The notes beneath the pieces are model-generated. The model saw only the letters and a list, made by a program, of their open reading frames with translations. It did not search any database and was not told the DNA's origin. A stretch of 51,496 nt of DNA from Bacteroidia bacterium (GTDB lineage Bacteria > Bacteroidota > Bacteroidia > UKL13-3), in NCBI GenBank assembly GCA_049243005.1, contig JBMLOK010000269.1:2713-54208 (forward strand), written 5' to 3'. A program made the translations under genes and the position numbers. Positions 1-10,300 of this stretch are shown here, piece after piece (within the stretch, counting starts at the first letter, position 1; every line of letters begins with the position of its first letter).

Positions 1-17
1 ACGGTTGGGTATTTCAA

Positions 18-39
18 CAGCCGCGATAAATCGCGGCTG
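18..39. terminator. GC-rich hairpin, possibly the intrinsic terminator of a gene lying upstream of the window
   Basis: Perfect inverted repeat cagccgcgat (18-27) / atcgcggctg (30-39), read directly. It is strikingly GC-rich for this window. A T-rich run (attattttta) follows about 10 nt downstream. The owner gene is outside the window. Confidence 0.35.
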
Positions 40-104
40 TACGGAGGATTATTTTTATATTCAGAAATTATGCAAATTGCCAAGGTTTAGCTATTAAGAA
101 TATA

Positions 105-677
105 ATGATGAAAATTTTCGCAGAAACAGAAAGATTGATTCTTAGAGAAATGACTCAGGAAGATGCTGAATCTTTTTTTGAAATGGATTCAAAACCCGAA
201 GTGCATAGATACTTAGGAAATAAACCTGTAGAGAGTCTTCAACAAACAATAGATGTGATTGAATTTGTTAGACAACAATATATTGATAATGGAATTGGTC
301 GATGGACACTCATCGAAAAGGCAAGCGGAGATTATGTTGGTTGGGGCGGACTTAAACTGATAAGAGAAGATACAAAAAATATAGTTGATTATTTAGATGT
401 TGGATACAGGCTTACTCCTAAACACTGGAATAAAGGTTATGCAACAGAATCCGCAATTGCAAGCGTAAAATATGGTTTTGAAAAGTTAAAGCATTCTATG
501 ATTTATGCTACAGCACATAAAGAAAACAAAGCATCTAGACATGCTTTAGAAAAAACCGGTTTGATGTGTACCGATGATCATGATTGGGAAGGAATTCCTT
601 GTGATTGGTTTGAAATAAGTTTCGAAACATGGAAAGAAAAACATAGTTTCAAAACGAGTAATATTCTATTATTTTAA
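105..677 (+). CDS. GNAT family N-acetyltransferase (RimJ/RimL-like)
   Basis: 190-aa ORF. It has N-terminal ETERLILREMTQED and a central GWGGL...VGYRL...WNKGYATE pattern, both typical of Acetyltransf_3-type GNATs. Confidence 0.8.
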   Translation: MMKIFAETERLILREMTQEDAESFFEMDSKPEVHRYLGNKPVESLQQTIDVIEFVRQQYIDNGIGRWTLIEKASGDYVGWGGLKLIREDTKNIVDYLDVGYRLTPKHWNKGYATESAIASVKYGFEKLKHSMIYATAHKENKASRHALEKTGLMCTDDHDWEGIPCDWFEISFETWKEKHSFKTSNILLF

Positions 678-693
678 TTTAAACTTTTAAAAA

Positions 694-1047
694 ATGATTA
701 AATCAATTAAGCCTTTTATTGGTGCTAAAGATTATCTAAAATCTCAAGATTTCTATAGTGAAATGGGTTTTGAGGCAACTGTCCTGAGCCATAACTTAAT
801 TGTATTTGAAATGGAAGAATTTGCCTTCTATTTACAAGACGCATATGTTGAGGATTGGATAAATAATTCAATGGTTTTTCTGGAAGTTGAAGACATCAAT
901 GCATTTCATCAAACATTATCAAAAAAAGATTTACCAAATAAATTTGATGGAGTTCGGTTGAGTGAAATCAAACAAATGCCATGGGGTAAAGTTTGTTATT
1001 TACATGATCCTTCTGGTATTTTATGGCATATTGGAACATTTCAGTAA
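694..1047 (+). CDS. VOC/glyoxalase-bleomycin resistance superfamily protein
   Basis: 117-aa ORF. Size and the pattern (FY..MGFE...F.L...; C-terminal PWG...YL.DPSG.LWHI) match small glyoxalase-fold proteins. Confidence 0.65.
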   Translation: MIKSIKPFIGAKDYLKSQDFYSEMGFEATVLSHNLIVFEMEEFAFYLQDAYVEDWINNSMVFLEVEDINAFHQTLSKKDLPNKFDGVRLSEIKQMPWGKVCYLHDPSGILWHIGTFQ

Positions 1048-1053
1048 TCTAAA

Positions 1054-1824
1054 ATGAGTGAACTAAAAGTTGGTATTATGGGAGCAATGTCCGAGGAAAT
1101 TGAGGGCATTCTTGAACTGATAGATTCTGTAGCAGAAATAAAAATAGGCAATCGCACTTATTATGAAGGTAAATTAAATAATGTAAAAGTCGTTTTGGTT
1201 TTTTCGAGGTGGGGAAAAGTAGCAGCCAGTTCTACAGTGTCTGCATTGATACATCATTTTGGAGTGAACCAGATACTATTTACCGGAGTGGCCGGAGCTA
1301 TACAAAATGATTTAGAAATTGGTGATATTGTAATAGGTAGAAGATATATTCAGCATGATTTGGACGCCAGACCATTGATGAAACAATTTGAAATTCCATT
1401 ATTAGGTAAAACCTTTATTGAAGCTGATGAACAACTTTTGCAAACCATAGAAAAAGCTGTTTGTAATTTTGCCATACAATTAAAAAATAAACAAGTAATT
1501 TCAGATGAAATTCTTTCTAAATTTAATATAGAATCTCCCAGGATATTGATTGGAGATATTGCTAGCGGAGACCAATTTTTCTCAAGTTTAGAACAAAAAA
1601 ATCAACTGAGTAGTTTATTACCAACAATATTATGTGTTGAGATGGAAGGTGCTGCTGTGGCTCAGGTTTGTTATGAATATGGAATTCCATTTTGCATAAT
1701 CAGAACCATTTCTGATACAGCAGATCATGATGCTCATCTTGATTTTCCAAAATTCCTTAAAGAAGTATCTGGTAAATTTTCAACTGAAATAGTTAAAGAA
1801 TACTTTAAACTAATTGAATCATGA
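1054..1824 (+). CDS. mtnN: 5'-methylthioadenosine/S-adenosylhomocysteine nucleosidase
   Basis: 256 aa. Motifs VGIMGAMSEEIEG, FTGVAGA, GDQF, VEMEGAAVAQVC and IRTISD are characteristic of Pfs/MtnN (PNP_UDP_1 fold). Confidence 0.85.
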   Translation: MSELKVGIMGAMSEEIEGILELIDSVAEIKIGNRTYYEGKLNNVKVVLVFSRWGKVAASSTVSALIHHFGVNQILFTGVAGAIQNDLEIGDIVIGRRYIQHDLDARPLMKQFEIPLLGKTFIEADEQLLQTIEKAVCNFAIQLKNKQVISDEILSKFNIESPRILIGDIASGDQFFSSLEQKNQLSSLLPTILCVEMEGAAVAQVCYEYGIPFCIIRTISDTADHDAHLDFPKFLKEVSGKFSTEIVKEYFKLIES

Positions 1825-2294
1825 GTACCACAAAATTATTAGCTAAACATTTCAAAGAAGTATATTTTGGTGGCAACTGGACCTGTTCAAATTTAAAGGA
1901 GACTCTTTCTGATATTACTGTTGAAGAAGCAAATTTTAAAATAGCAGATTTCAATTCCATTTTATGTTTGAGTTACCATATTCATTATTTTGTAGAGGTT
2001 CAAACAACATTTCTTAAAGGATTAGAAGTAAAAGCCAGTGATAAATTAAGTTTTAATCATCCTGAAATAAATGAGGAGATTGAATGGCAGGAATACAAAA
2101 ATAAATTATGGAATGAGGCTGCTGATTTTATTCAGCTATTGGAACAACTGAATGATGATGTATTACTATTTGATTTCATTGCACCTCAATATGGCAATTA
2201 CTTCAGGAATATCAATGGATTGATTGAACATACCCATTATCATTTAGGACAAATTAATTTAATAAAAAAACTAGCTCGAATTCAATTAAGCTAA
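1821..2294 (+). CDS. DinB superfamily protein (DUF1572-like)
   Basis: 157 aa. Motifs FGGNWT, SYHIHYF and C-terminal [10 protein letters not shown] match the DinB four-helix His-triad pattern. The start overlaps the mtnN stop by 4 nt (ATGA), suggesting co-translation. Confidence 0.6.
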   Translation: MSTTKLLAKHFKEVYFGGNWTCSNLKETLSDITVEEANFKIADFNSILCLSYHIHYFVEVQTTFLKGLEVKASDKLSFNHPEINEEIEWQEYKNKLWNEAADFIQLLEQLNDDVLLFDFIAPQYGNYFRNINGLIEHTHYHLGQINLIKKLARIQLS

Positions 2295-2340
2295 GTTCTT
2301 GTCCAATAATATTTCTATTAAAAATTGAAATTAATTTTGC

Positions 2341-2356
2341 GCAACCAATTGTTTGC
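2341..2356. promoter_or_regulatory. 16-bp near-palindrome gcaaccaattgtttgc, candidate ArsR-family operator
   Basis: 7 of 8 positions pair, counted by hand. It sits exactly between a TTTG (2336-2339) and the TAtaTTTG -7 box (2358-2365) upstream of the ArsR gene. A further gcaacc half-site lies at 2365-2370. Confidence 0.35.
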
Positions 2357-2357
2357 A

Positions 2358-2365
2358 TATATTTG
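2358..2365 (+). promoter_or_regulatory. Bacteroidota-type -7 promoter box (TAnnTTTG)
   Basis: tatatttg lies 21 nt upstream of the ATG at 2387. A TTTG at 2336-2339, 18 nt upstream, could be the -33 element. Confidence 0.45.
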
Positions 2366-2386
2366 CAACCGATTAGTTTCACAATT

Positions 2387-2707
2387 ATGAGAAGAGATGT
2401 CTTTCAAGCAATTGCAGACCCAAGCAGGCGCGCTATTATTACATTAATTGCAATCCAAGCAATGACACCTAATGCTTTGGCAGAGCACTTTGATACAAGT
2501 CGACAAGCAGTATCCAAGCATTTAAAAATTCTACTTGAATGTGAATTAGTAAAACAAGAACAGATTGGAAGAGAAATTTTCTATTCTTTAGAAGCAGCAA
2601 AAATGAAAGAAATAGACCAATGGATAGCCCAATTTAGAAAATTATGGGAAAACAGATTTAATGAACTTGACAATATTTTAATCAACCTAAAAAACAAAAA
2701 AAAATGA
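2387..2707 (+). CDS. ArsR/SmtB family HTH transcriptional regulator
   Basis: [16 protein letters not shown]...[17 protein letters not shown] is the ArsR winged-helix signature. I use the ATG at 2387 rather than the TTG at 2363 in the track, because the TTG lies inside the -7 box. Confidence 0.8.
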   Translation: MRRDVFQAIADPSRRAIITLIAIQAMTPNALAEHFDTSRQAVSKHLKILLECELVKQEQIGREIFYSLEAAKMKEIDQWIAQFRKLWENRFNELDNILINLKNKKK

Positions 2708-3198
2708 AGTTATTATTTGATTTTATTGCTGACAAAGAAAACAGTAGAATTTTAATCAAGCGAGAATTTGCTGCAAAAAAAGATTTAGTTTGGGAAGCCT
2801 GGACTACCCCTGAAATACTTGATTTATGGTGGGCTCCTAAACCCTATCAAACTAAAACCAAAAGCATGAATTTTACTATTGGTGGAATGTGGTTGTATTG
2901 CATGGTAGGACCTGAAAATGAAGTTCATTGGTGCAGGGCTGATTATTTAAGTATTGAACATCAAGAGTCTTATTCAGGTTTAGATGCATTTTGTGATGAA
3001 AATGCCAATATCAATACTGAATTTCCAAGAACCAAATGGAATGTTAAGTTTGAAGAACATGGTGAAAATACTGTCGTTAATATCATCAATCAATTCGAAA
3101 AACTTGAAGATCTGGAACAAATAATTGAACTTGGATTCAAAGAAGGATTCACCATGGCTATGGGAAATCTTGATGAATATTTTGCTTCAAAAAAATAA
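2704..3198 (+). CDS. SRPBCC superfamily protein (Aha1/AHSA1-domain)
   Basis: 164 aa. The [18 protein letters not shown] motif is typical of Activator-of-Hsp90-ATPase-homolog-like bacterial proteins. There is a 4-nt overlap with the ArsR gene, which is the classic ArsR+AHSA1 pairing. Confidence 0.7.
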   Translation: MKLLFDFIADKENSRILIKREFAAKKDLVWEAWTTPEILDLWWAPKPYQTKTKSMNFTIGGMWLYCMVGPENEVHWCRADYLSIEHQESYSGLDAFCDENANINTEFPRTKWNVKFEEHGENTVVNIINQFEKLEDLEQIIELGFKEGFTMAMGNLDEYFASKK

Positions 3199-3229
3199 AC
3201 TGTTAATTTTAATTTTAATCCCATCACTT

Positions 3230-3598
3230 ATGAAAAACCCTAAAATCATTTATTGGATAACAACAGGTTTGTTTTCCGCATTCATGTTATTCTCTGCAAT
3301 CCCAGATTTAATGGTGGTTGAAGAAGCGAAAACATTTATTCTTCACTTAGGCTATCCTGAATATTTTATCCCATTTATAGGATTTGCAAAATTGCTTGGT
3401 AGCATTGCTATTTTAATACCATCATTTAATAAAATAAAAGAATGGGCTTATGCCGGACTGGTATTTGATTTAATTGGAGCCTTTTATTCAAACTTCATGA
3501 CAGATGGATTTAACTGGGGATTTCTAATGGCTATTCCTATCTTTTCAGTGATAGCGATTTCCTATATATATAATCAAAAGGTAAATCCAACTACCTAG
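3230..3598 (+). CDS. DoxX-like small polytopic membrane protein
   Basis: Taken from the internal ATG at 3230 (MKNPKIIYWITTGLFSAFMLF...), it is about 122 aa with 4 predicted hydrophobic helices. The track's start at 3125 would overlap the SRPBCC gene by 74 nt. Confidence 0.55.
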   Translation: MKNPKIIYWITTGLFSAFMLFSAIPDLMVVEEAKTFILHLGYPEYFIPFIGFAKLLGSIAILIPSFNKIKEWAYAGLVFDLIGAFYSNFMTDGFNWGFLMAIPIFSVIAISYIYNQKVNPTT

Positions 3599-3607
3599 AA
3601 TAATTAA

Positions 3608-3640
3608 TAGAAAAACTGCATTTAATAAGCAGTTTTTCTA
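3608..3640. terminator. Intrinsic terminator hairpin at a convergent junction
   Basis: 12-bp perfect stem tagaaaaactgc (3608-3619) / gcagtttttcta (3629-3640) with a 9-nt loop, followed by TTTTTT (3641-3646). The right arm overlaps the stop codon of the minus-strand gene. Confidence 0.65.
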
Positions 3641-4558
3641 TTTTTTCAATAAACTCAAAACCTCATTTAACAACAATTCTGAAGCTTCAATTTCTTCCTT
3701 CTTAATTGAAACACTTTCTATATTAAATCCAAAAGGAATGTTTTTAGCTTGTGCATATTCAATCATTTCAAATGCAATATTCTTACATACATTGACCGAT
3801 TTATCAAGAATATTATTTGAATGTTTTAAATCGTTATAAAGCCACTTTGGCACTTCAATACCAAGCCATTCCATAAACTTTAAAGTTTTCAAGGAACCAC
3901 AAGGAGCTAAAGTAAAAATCATTGGACTTAATTCAATCTCAGATTCCATAGATGCATAAAAATAATCAGACAATAAATTTTTAGCATTATTAGGACTATA
4001 AACACATTGGGAAACGAAGAAACTACAACCATTCTGCACTTTTTTAAAGATTCGTAAATGCTCATCAGCACTTTTTACATGTCGTTCAGGTATAGTAACT
4101 CCTCCTAAAATTAAAGAATCAAAATTTTCCTTTCTCAGTCGATATGCATCTGAAAGAGAAAAATTATTCTTCAAAACTTGTTGTTGAGAAGAAGCCCCTA
4201 CAAAAACAGAAAATTCAAGATCAGAATTATTTTTGAGCCAGGTATTAAAATCATCCTCATTTGAGTTGGCAATACTTTTGTATACTATTTTAGGAACATT
4301 CAATTCATTTAAAAACTCTTTTGCATACCTATCAGGCTGAACAGTTGAAATGAATGCAAACGGCCTCTCAGCATCGGTTCTGTCGGTTTCATCCTGTATA
4401 TCATACAATATTAATCCATCAATATTTGCCTTGCTTAACATGCTCAATTGCTTTTGCGCAATAGCATGTATCTTCTCCATATCGTTGTTAATTTTAGGAG
4501 GAGTTAAACTATAAAAAACAAGTCCACTTTCTTTATTTAATATTTTATCCTTCAGCAT
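3638..4558 (-). CDS. Methylenetetrahydrofolate reductase (MetF/MTHFR)-like TIM-barrel protein
   Basis: 306 aa. The pattern SLTPPK..., GGVTIPERH...KKVQNGCSFFVSQCVY..., PMIFTLAPCGSLKTLKFMEWLGIEVPKWL parallels MTHFR-family landmarks (GG.yPE.H, GA.f..TQ, Pi..Gi.P). This was judged by eye only. Confidence 0.5.
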   Translation of the reverse strand: MLKDKILNKESGLVFYSLTPPKINNDMEKIHAIAQKQLSMLSKANIDGLILYDIQDETDRTDAERPFAFISTVQPDRYAKEFLNELNVPKIVYKSIANSNEDDFNTWLKNNSDLEFSVFVGASSQQQVLKNNFSLSDAYRLRKENFDSLILGGVTIPERHVKSADEHLRIFKKVQNGCSFFVSQCVYSPNNAKNLLSDYFYASMESEIELSPMIFTLAPCGSLKTLKFMEWLGIEVPKWLYNDLKHSNNILDKSVNVCKNIAFEMIEYAQAKNIPFGFNIESVSIKKEEIEASELLLNEVLSLLKK

Positions 4559-4680
4559 AAGTCGAATTTCAGAATTTAAATGTAATGAGTAACAATTTAA
4601 TTTCTAAAATAAACGATTTCATTTTTAAAATTCAATGTTTATTAAATTTAGATTATCACCTATCAATCTAATAAATTAAA

Positions 4681-4688
4681 TACATTTG
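4681..4688 (+). promoter_or_regulatory. Bacteroidota-type -7 promoter box (TAnnTTTG)
   Basis: tacatttg lies 16 nt upstream of the ATG at 4705. Confidence 0.45.
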
Positions 4689-4704
4689 AATATATTGAAA
4701 ACGA

Positions 4705-5298
4705 ATGACAAGCGCAGAACTAAAAGCATACTTGGTAAGATTTCTAAGTTCCTTTAAGGAATTAAGTGAAGCTGATATCAAACAATTATCAGTATCTATA
4801 AGAATGAAGTTTTGTAAAAAGGGCGAAATATTAGTTAGGGAAGGTGATTTTTGTAATGAGTGTTATTTTGTTCTGAAAGGCTGTTTAAGAAAATATGAAA
4901 TCAAAGATGGAAATGAAATAACAAGTGCTTTTTACATGGAACAAGAGGCTGCAATTTTATTTACTCCATTAAAAACTAAAAGTCCATCCTCAAGTTTTCT
5001 GGTTTGTGCTGAAGATTGTATTTTGATTTTAGGCAATCTGGAGGAAGAAAAGGAAGCATATACCAATTTTCCTCATTTAGCCGAAATAACAAGAAAAATG
5101 ATGGAAGTTGATATGGGTAAACTTCAGGAAAAACTAACTCATTTTATCAATTCGAATGCAGAAGAAAGGTATCTGGATTTAATCAAGAATAAACCTGAAT
5201 TATTGAAAAGAGTTCCTCAACATCAAATTGCTTCTTATATAGGAATTAGTGCAGAATCATTGAGCAGAATCCGTCGTAAAATTGCCTTGAAATCGTAA
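4705..5298 (+). CDS. Crp/Fnr family transcriptional regulator (cNMP-binding domain plus C-terminal HTH)
   Basis: 197 aa. The N-terminal beta-roll pattern (KGEILVREGDFCNECYFVLKGCLRKY) and the C-terminal HTH (HQIASYIGISAESLSRIRRK) are both present. Confidence 0.8.
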   Translation: MTSAELKAYLVRFLSSFKELSEADIKQLSVSIRMKFCKKGEILVREGDFCNECYFVLKGCLRKYEIKDGNEITSAFYMEQEAAILFTPLKTKSPSSSFLVCAEDCILILGNLEEEKEAYTNFPHLAEITRKMMEVDMGKLQEKLTHFINSNAEERYLDLIKNKPELLKRVPQHQIASYIGISAESLSRIRRKIALKS

Positions 5299-5928
5299 TT
5301 TGATCAAATAAAAAGCAAGTAATAATTCTGAAGCTGCACAAGGCAATGCAATTATTTTGTTTACTACATCTGAATATTCAAAATATGCCGGCAAAAAAGA
5401 AAGTAGAGAATGATGAGTAGCATATAAAACTCCCGCTAATAATAGCAAAAATGGAAGAAATTTAGGTCCGAATTTTAATCTACATATAACATTAGATAGT
5501 ATTATTAAATGAAATCCAAAAACTATCAATGCAATAGACCAAAACTTATAAAAAAAACGAATTGCATCTGTTAATTCCTGTTTAGAATAATTAAGATTAA
5601 AATTTAAAGAAATTAAATCCAGCAAACTATAAATCAACATAATAGCATAAATCAACCTTAATAAAAACGCAAATTTGTTTGAGTTAAATCTTGCATTTTC
5701 AAACGAATTATAAAAAGCATAAGCAAATAAAACATCTAAAAAAGCTATCAGAATAAAACAACTAATAAAACCAATTAGTGAAATGTTAGGCAATCGAACT
5801 TCATTAATTTGAGCATAATTCAATTTTGGATAAAAAACACCAAATGCAATTCCAGCTATAATTGCCATTAAAAAAAGAGAGATTCCTGCTACAAGCTTCC
5901 AGTTTTTAGAATAAACTTTTGTTTTCAT
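5257..5928 (-). CDS. Polytopic membrane protein of unknown function (DUF4386-like)
   Basis: 223 aa with about 6 hydrophobic segments. This kind of membrane protein commonly sits next to Crp-family regulators in Bacteroidota. The family name is recalled from memory and not verified. Its 3' end overlaps the Crp gene by 42 nt. Confidence 0.45.
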   Translation of the reverse strand: MKTKVYSKNWKLVAGISLFLMAIIAGIAFGVFYPKLNYAQINEVRLPNISLIGFISCFILIAFLDVLFAYAFYNSFENARFNSNKFAFLLRLIYAIMLIYSLLDLISLNFNLNYSKQELTDAIRFFYKFWSIALIVFGFHLIILSNVICRLKFGPKFLPFLLLLAGVLYATHHSLLSFLPAYFEYSDVVNKIIALPCAASELLLAFYLIKLRFQGNFTTDSAQ

Positions 5929-6069
5929 GGCACAAATCTGCGCTTAATAAAAAACCTAGGCATTGACATTTGGTAAGAAATTCCCAAATCAAAAAAACTT
6001 AATAAATTCTAAAAAAACTTGCTTTATTAAAAATTTTAAAAGTATATTTATCTGATTATTAAATACATT

Positions 6070-6486
6070 ATGAAAACAATTTTACTCAATCTCTTAGCTG
6101 TTGCAGTTGGAGTTATGCTTGGTAGCATGGCAAATATGGGTATTATCTTGATTAGTGATACTATTATTCCACCGCCTGAAGGAGCCGATTTAACAACCAC
6201 AGAAGGACTAAAAGCATCTATGCATTTATTTAAGCCAATTAACTTTTTAATGCCATTTTTAGCTCATGCTCTGGGTACTTTAGTTGGTGCAACACTTTCA
6301 GGATTAATTGCTGCTAGTCATAGAATCCTGTTTTCAATGGCCATTGGAATTTTTTTCCTAATTGGAGGAATTCTAAGTGTTTATATGCTTTCATCGCCAC
6401 TTTGGTTTTCAATAACAGATTTAACATTGGCTTATTTACCAATGGGATTCATTGGTGGTAGATTGGCATTGGTTCTGAAAAAATAG
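6070..6486 (+). CDS. Small integral membrane protein, function unknown
   Basis: 138 aa with four Gly/Ala-rich hydrophobic helices. It is followed 6 nt later by the next gene. Confidence 0.5.
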   Translation: MKTILLNLLAVAVGVMLGSMANMGIILISDTIIPPPEGADLTTTEGLKASMHLFKPINFLMPFLAHALGTLVGATLSGLIAASHRILFSMAIGIFFLIGGILSVYMLSSPLWFSITDLTLAYLPMGFIGGRLALVLKK

Positions 6487-6492
6487 GAGTAA

Positions 6493-7185
6493 ATGAAAAT
6501 ATTAACTTATTCTATATTTTTTGCAATTGGATTGTTTGTAGTTCGATTTCTGTATTCCTGTAATTCATTCCAATTAAGTGAAGCAGACAAAAATCTAGCT
6601 AAGGCAATGGAATTTGATGAAGATGTTTTAAAAGAAATTAAACCTTATTTTTCAAATCCTCCAGAAGCATTTCATTATTCATTAGGAAAAGCCTTAGTTG
6701 ATGACAAATGGATAGAAACCGATACAATTGATGCAAAAGGAATTGCTATTTATGAAAATCCACCAAAATCTTCAGAAAACGTTCTCTTACTAAAAGATAG
6801 GTTACGCGAAAAAGGATATACAATCTTTTTGATGGAAAATAATTTTGGTATTGAAAAACGAGCCGATTTAGTAGGAATTCTAAAGACAACAGACAAATAT
6901 GAAATTCTAAAAATCATAGAAACTAATGGAATCAATCATGATTTAGAAAATGATAGTTTGATTCAAATTATTAAAAAATTAGATTCAATTTATGATTTGG
7001 AATTAATTGGTGCAGGTGGCGATTGGTGTGAGTTTATCATCCATAAAGAACCTTCGGATTATAAAAAATTTGCTGAAGAAATTTATGAAATCTGTCCTGA
7101 TATTGTAGACCAAGGAACAGAAACAGTAGAGGCATTAGCTGAAGAAATGAAAAGAACAAAACGCCTATACTTTTGGTGGGATTAA
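6493..7185 (+). CDS. DUF4253-like protein with an N-terminal signal or lipoprotein-like anchor
   Basis: 230 aa. The C-terminal GGDWCEFIIHKEP...EICPDIVDQGTETVEALAEEMKRTKRLYFWWD resembles the DUF4253 signature (..CPDIVDQG..LY.WWD) as I recall it. Confidence 0.45.
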   Translation: MKILTYSIFFAIGLFVVRFLYSCNSFQLSEADKNLAKAMEFDEDVLKEIKPYFSNPPEAFHYSLGKALVDDKWIETDTIDAKGIAIYENPPKSSENVLLLKDRLREKGYTIFLMENNFGIEKRADLVGILKTTDKYEILKIIETNGINHDLENDSLIQIIKKLDSIYDLELIGAGGDWCEFIIHKEPSDYKKFAEEIYEICPDIVDQGTETVEALAEEMKRTKRLYFWWD

Positions 7186-7295
7186 TTTATGTACAATAAA
7201 ATTTAAAAATTCACTTAAAGAGGATATAAGATTTTGAATTTACTTAGATATTTTGAGACATTAACAGCCTTTAATTTTATTAAAAAACTAGCATA

Positions 7296-7330
7296 AAAAA
7301 CGGCATTGATGTTTAATCAATGCCGTTTTT
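7296..7330. terminator. Bidirectional intrinsic terminator
   Basis: 15-bp perfect stem aaaaacggcattgat (7296-7310) / atcaatgccgttttt (7316-7330) with a 5-nt loop. An A-run lies on one side and a T-run on the other. It sits between convergent genes ending at 7185 and 7347. Confidence 0.75.
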
Positions 7331-7346
7331 ATTTATAGAATTATTC

Positions 7347-10300
7347 TTAATGTACAGCGAAAGTTTTAGTTACTTGATTACCATTTTTACTGATAACTAC
7401 GAAATAAATTCCCGGACTTAAAGCTAGAGTTTCACAAAATACTTTTGAATCTTTTGTTTGAAAAGGAATTTCAATCTGATGACCTAAAATATCTGTAAAC
7501 ATTAATTGAGCGCCAATTAAATCTGCTCCTTCCAATACAAATTTATCGGAAGTAGGATTTGGATAAAGGTTGATTGTTTTACCAAAACTTATCTCCTCTT
7601 TACTTAAAAACCAATCAGTAGTAAAACCATATTCAATTTCACTTCCAAAATCGGGCTGTATGGTTTTAATTACAGTTCCATTGGTATTTTTAAATCTGAT
7701 AAACCCTGTTCCTTGTGAACTATTTGCCCACCACTGAACACCATCGGCTCCTTTATCTTTTACTTTTAACCTGTAACATCCACTTAATTCATAAGTATTT
7801 GAATGTAGAGTTGTGGCTTTAGTAAAGGTTTTTGAATCGATAACATTACCCGACTCATCTAAAATTTCATAAGAATTTTCTGTAGGATTGTTATTTGTAT
7901 AAAACTCCAATGTGAATTTTCCAGGTAATACCTCAGGTCTGTTAAATGGTGATTCCATTTTATTGTTGTATACATATTCATCAGCCTGTCCATTTACAGT
8001 TTTAATTTCTGCATAAAACTTATTACCTGATTGTTTAACATTACCTAACCACATGGCACCAATTGGCAAATGGAAACTTTGAGTATCAAGAAAATTAAGG
8101 TTTCCAGTCCAGGTAAAAGTTTGTTTTTCACCGCTATTTACCCAATAAAGAATTTCAACCTGAGTAATTGGCGAACGACCAGTATTTTGAATAGTTATTT
8201 GAGGCTTTGAACAAGCAGGATTTAAACGAGTATAAAGCACTTTATCACTTGGTTGTTGGATATCATAAACTCTGGCATCAAGATTAAAACTAGGATCACC
8301 ATAAGTTACCAATTGATGTGCTATATGATACCTATAGTCACCACCTGCTTTTGGAGGTAATGAGCTTGCATAATCTAAACTAAATTTAGAACCAGGATTT
8401 AATTTAGGAGTAATATTAAACTCCTTCAGTAATGACCTTTCACCTGGGCACCAGCCTTCTCTATCATAAACCCATGTGCCACCTTGAGGGAAAACCGGAT
8501 TCTTAGAACATTCACTATAAATTCTCCAAACATAATCGGTATCACCACCATTGATATTTAACATGTGATTAACCACACCACCATTCGCTTCAAATTCACC
8601 TTCTGCGCCATGTCCTGTTATTGTTGATCTCAATTTAAAACTCTTACCAGTGCTTAATGTAGGTACATCAACAGCAAAGTAGCGTGAGTTATTGTTAATA
8701 CTACCAATTCCGGCAGCACCTGTTCTGTTGGTTCCTTGCCAGATTTGATTAAACTCAAGCACAGGTCGTGGAGGTGTACCAACTACAAACCAGAATTCAA
8801 GGTCCATTTGTTCCTGGTTCTGGCCTCCCAATGTCATTAAAATCCTCTTTTTTCCTTTTAGTAATGGAGCAAAATCTGTGACATCAAAATACCAAGTTCT
8901 ACCATTTTGACCAAAATTTAAACCGATACCATAAGGAGTAACAAAAGACATAATTTCATTATAAAACGGAAATCTTCTATAGTAGTTTAAGTTGCTAACT
9001 TGAAAAACTCCATCTTCCAAAACATCAATAGAATCAAGCAATTCCATTGTTTCACCATCAAATATTTTTGAATAAAATGCAGGATAATATTGAGTATCAA
9101 CTGTATCTAATTTGATTTCATCACTAGCTATTGGAAATTGATTCGCTTTAGAGTTGATGCTATATTTTTGAATAACTGATTTTTGAAAAGGTAAGGAATC
9201 CAGCACAAAAACATCTGAAATTTGAGTTACATAATCACCTTTAATTAATGAAACTTTTGGTCTTATTTCACTCAAATTAAAAGAACGATTTAGCTCTTCT
9301 CCCCTATCATATGCCCAAGAAAAGTTTTCTCCATTAACCAAAACATTACTAATTAAATTACGCATTTGATTCCCTAAAGCCTCATTCATTGGGTAGTATG
9401 AAACCAAATTTTGTGACATTGGATGAAACTGATTTGGGTTACTAAACATCCAATCTTTAATTAAACTATCAGGAATTTCTTTATTCCAAAATGATAAATC
9501 ATTGATTTTACCTTTATAGTTTCCACCACCTGTTTGATCTTTACCAAGTAGTAAATTTAGAATATTCATTAACTTGGTTTTACCTGTTCCGGAATGCCAA
9601 AGGTTTCCATTCAGATAAATTTTCATTGAACCTGTAGTTGCATTTTTTGTGAAAGTCCAATGATTCCATCTCCCGCCTTGTTCGGCTGAAGTAGCAATTT
9701 TGTTGATTCTATCGTATCCTCCTGCAGCATAACCACAATCAAAATAGATATTATTACTTCCATGTGGAAGGTGAATATTCAATTGTCTTTCACCCTGATT
9801 AATTGGATATGCATATAAAATTGAATTCGAAGCCGGCATTAAGCTAGCATCACCATAAGCCCAAAACTGAATTGTAAATTCTTTATTTATAGTTGAAAAA
9901 CCTGTAGTATCAAGCCTTGCAAAGCCTTGATTTTTTAAATCAATTGCATAGTTATTATGAGTTGAAATAGAACTTCCTAAAAAGGCAAAATCAACTTTAA
10001 ACTGCAGTAAATTTTGTGGAACTGAATTTGTAAAAGATAATTCAACAACTACATTACTTGAACCATCCCAGTTAAATGAGTTAAAAAACTGAAGTTGATT
10101 TTCACCAGTAACAAATTGAGTAGACTTGTTATAAACTTCTACAAAACCATTGCTGTGTGGTTTTTTAAAATTCAACACGTTTAAAGAATCGTGCTTCATT
10201 TTGATTTTGAGAAAAGCAAGATTTGAACCTGAACCTTCTACAAATAAGCTAATCCCTTTAATATTACCTGCCGACATTCCCGCATTGAGTAATTCAGAAG

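Noticed and set aside
3125-3229. 5' extension of the DoxX-like ORF in the track, overlapping the SRPBCC gene by 74 nt.
   Set aside because: The extension ([35 protein letters not shown]) is the out-of-frame read of the upstream gene's 3' end. An ATG at 3230 gives a typical DoxX-like N-terminus.
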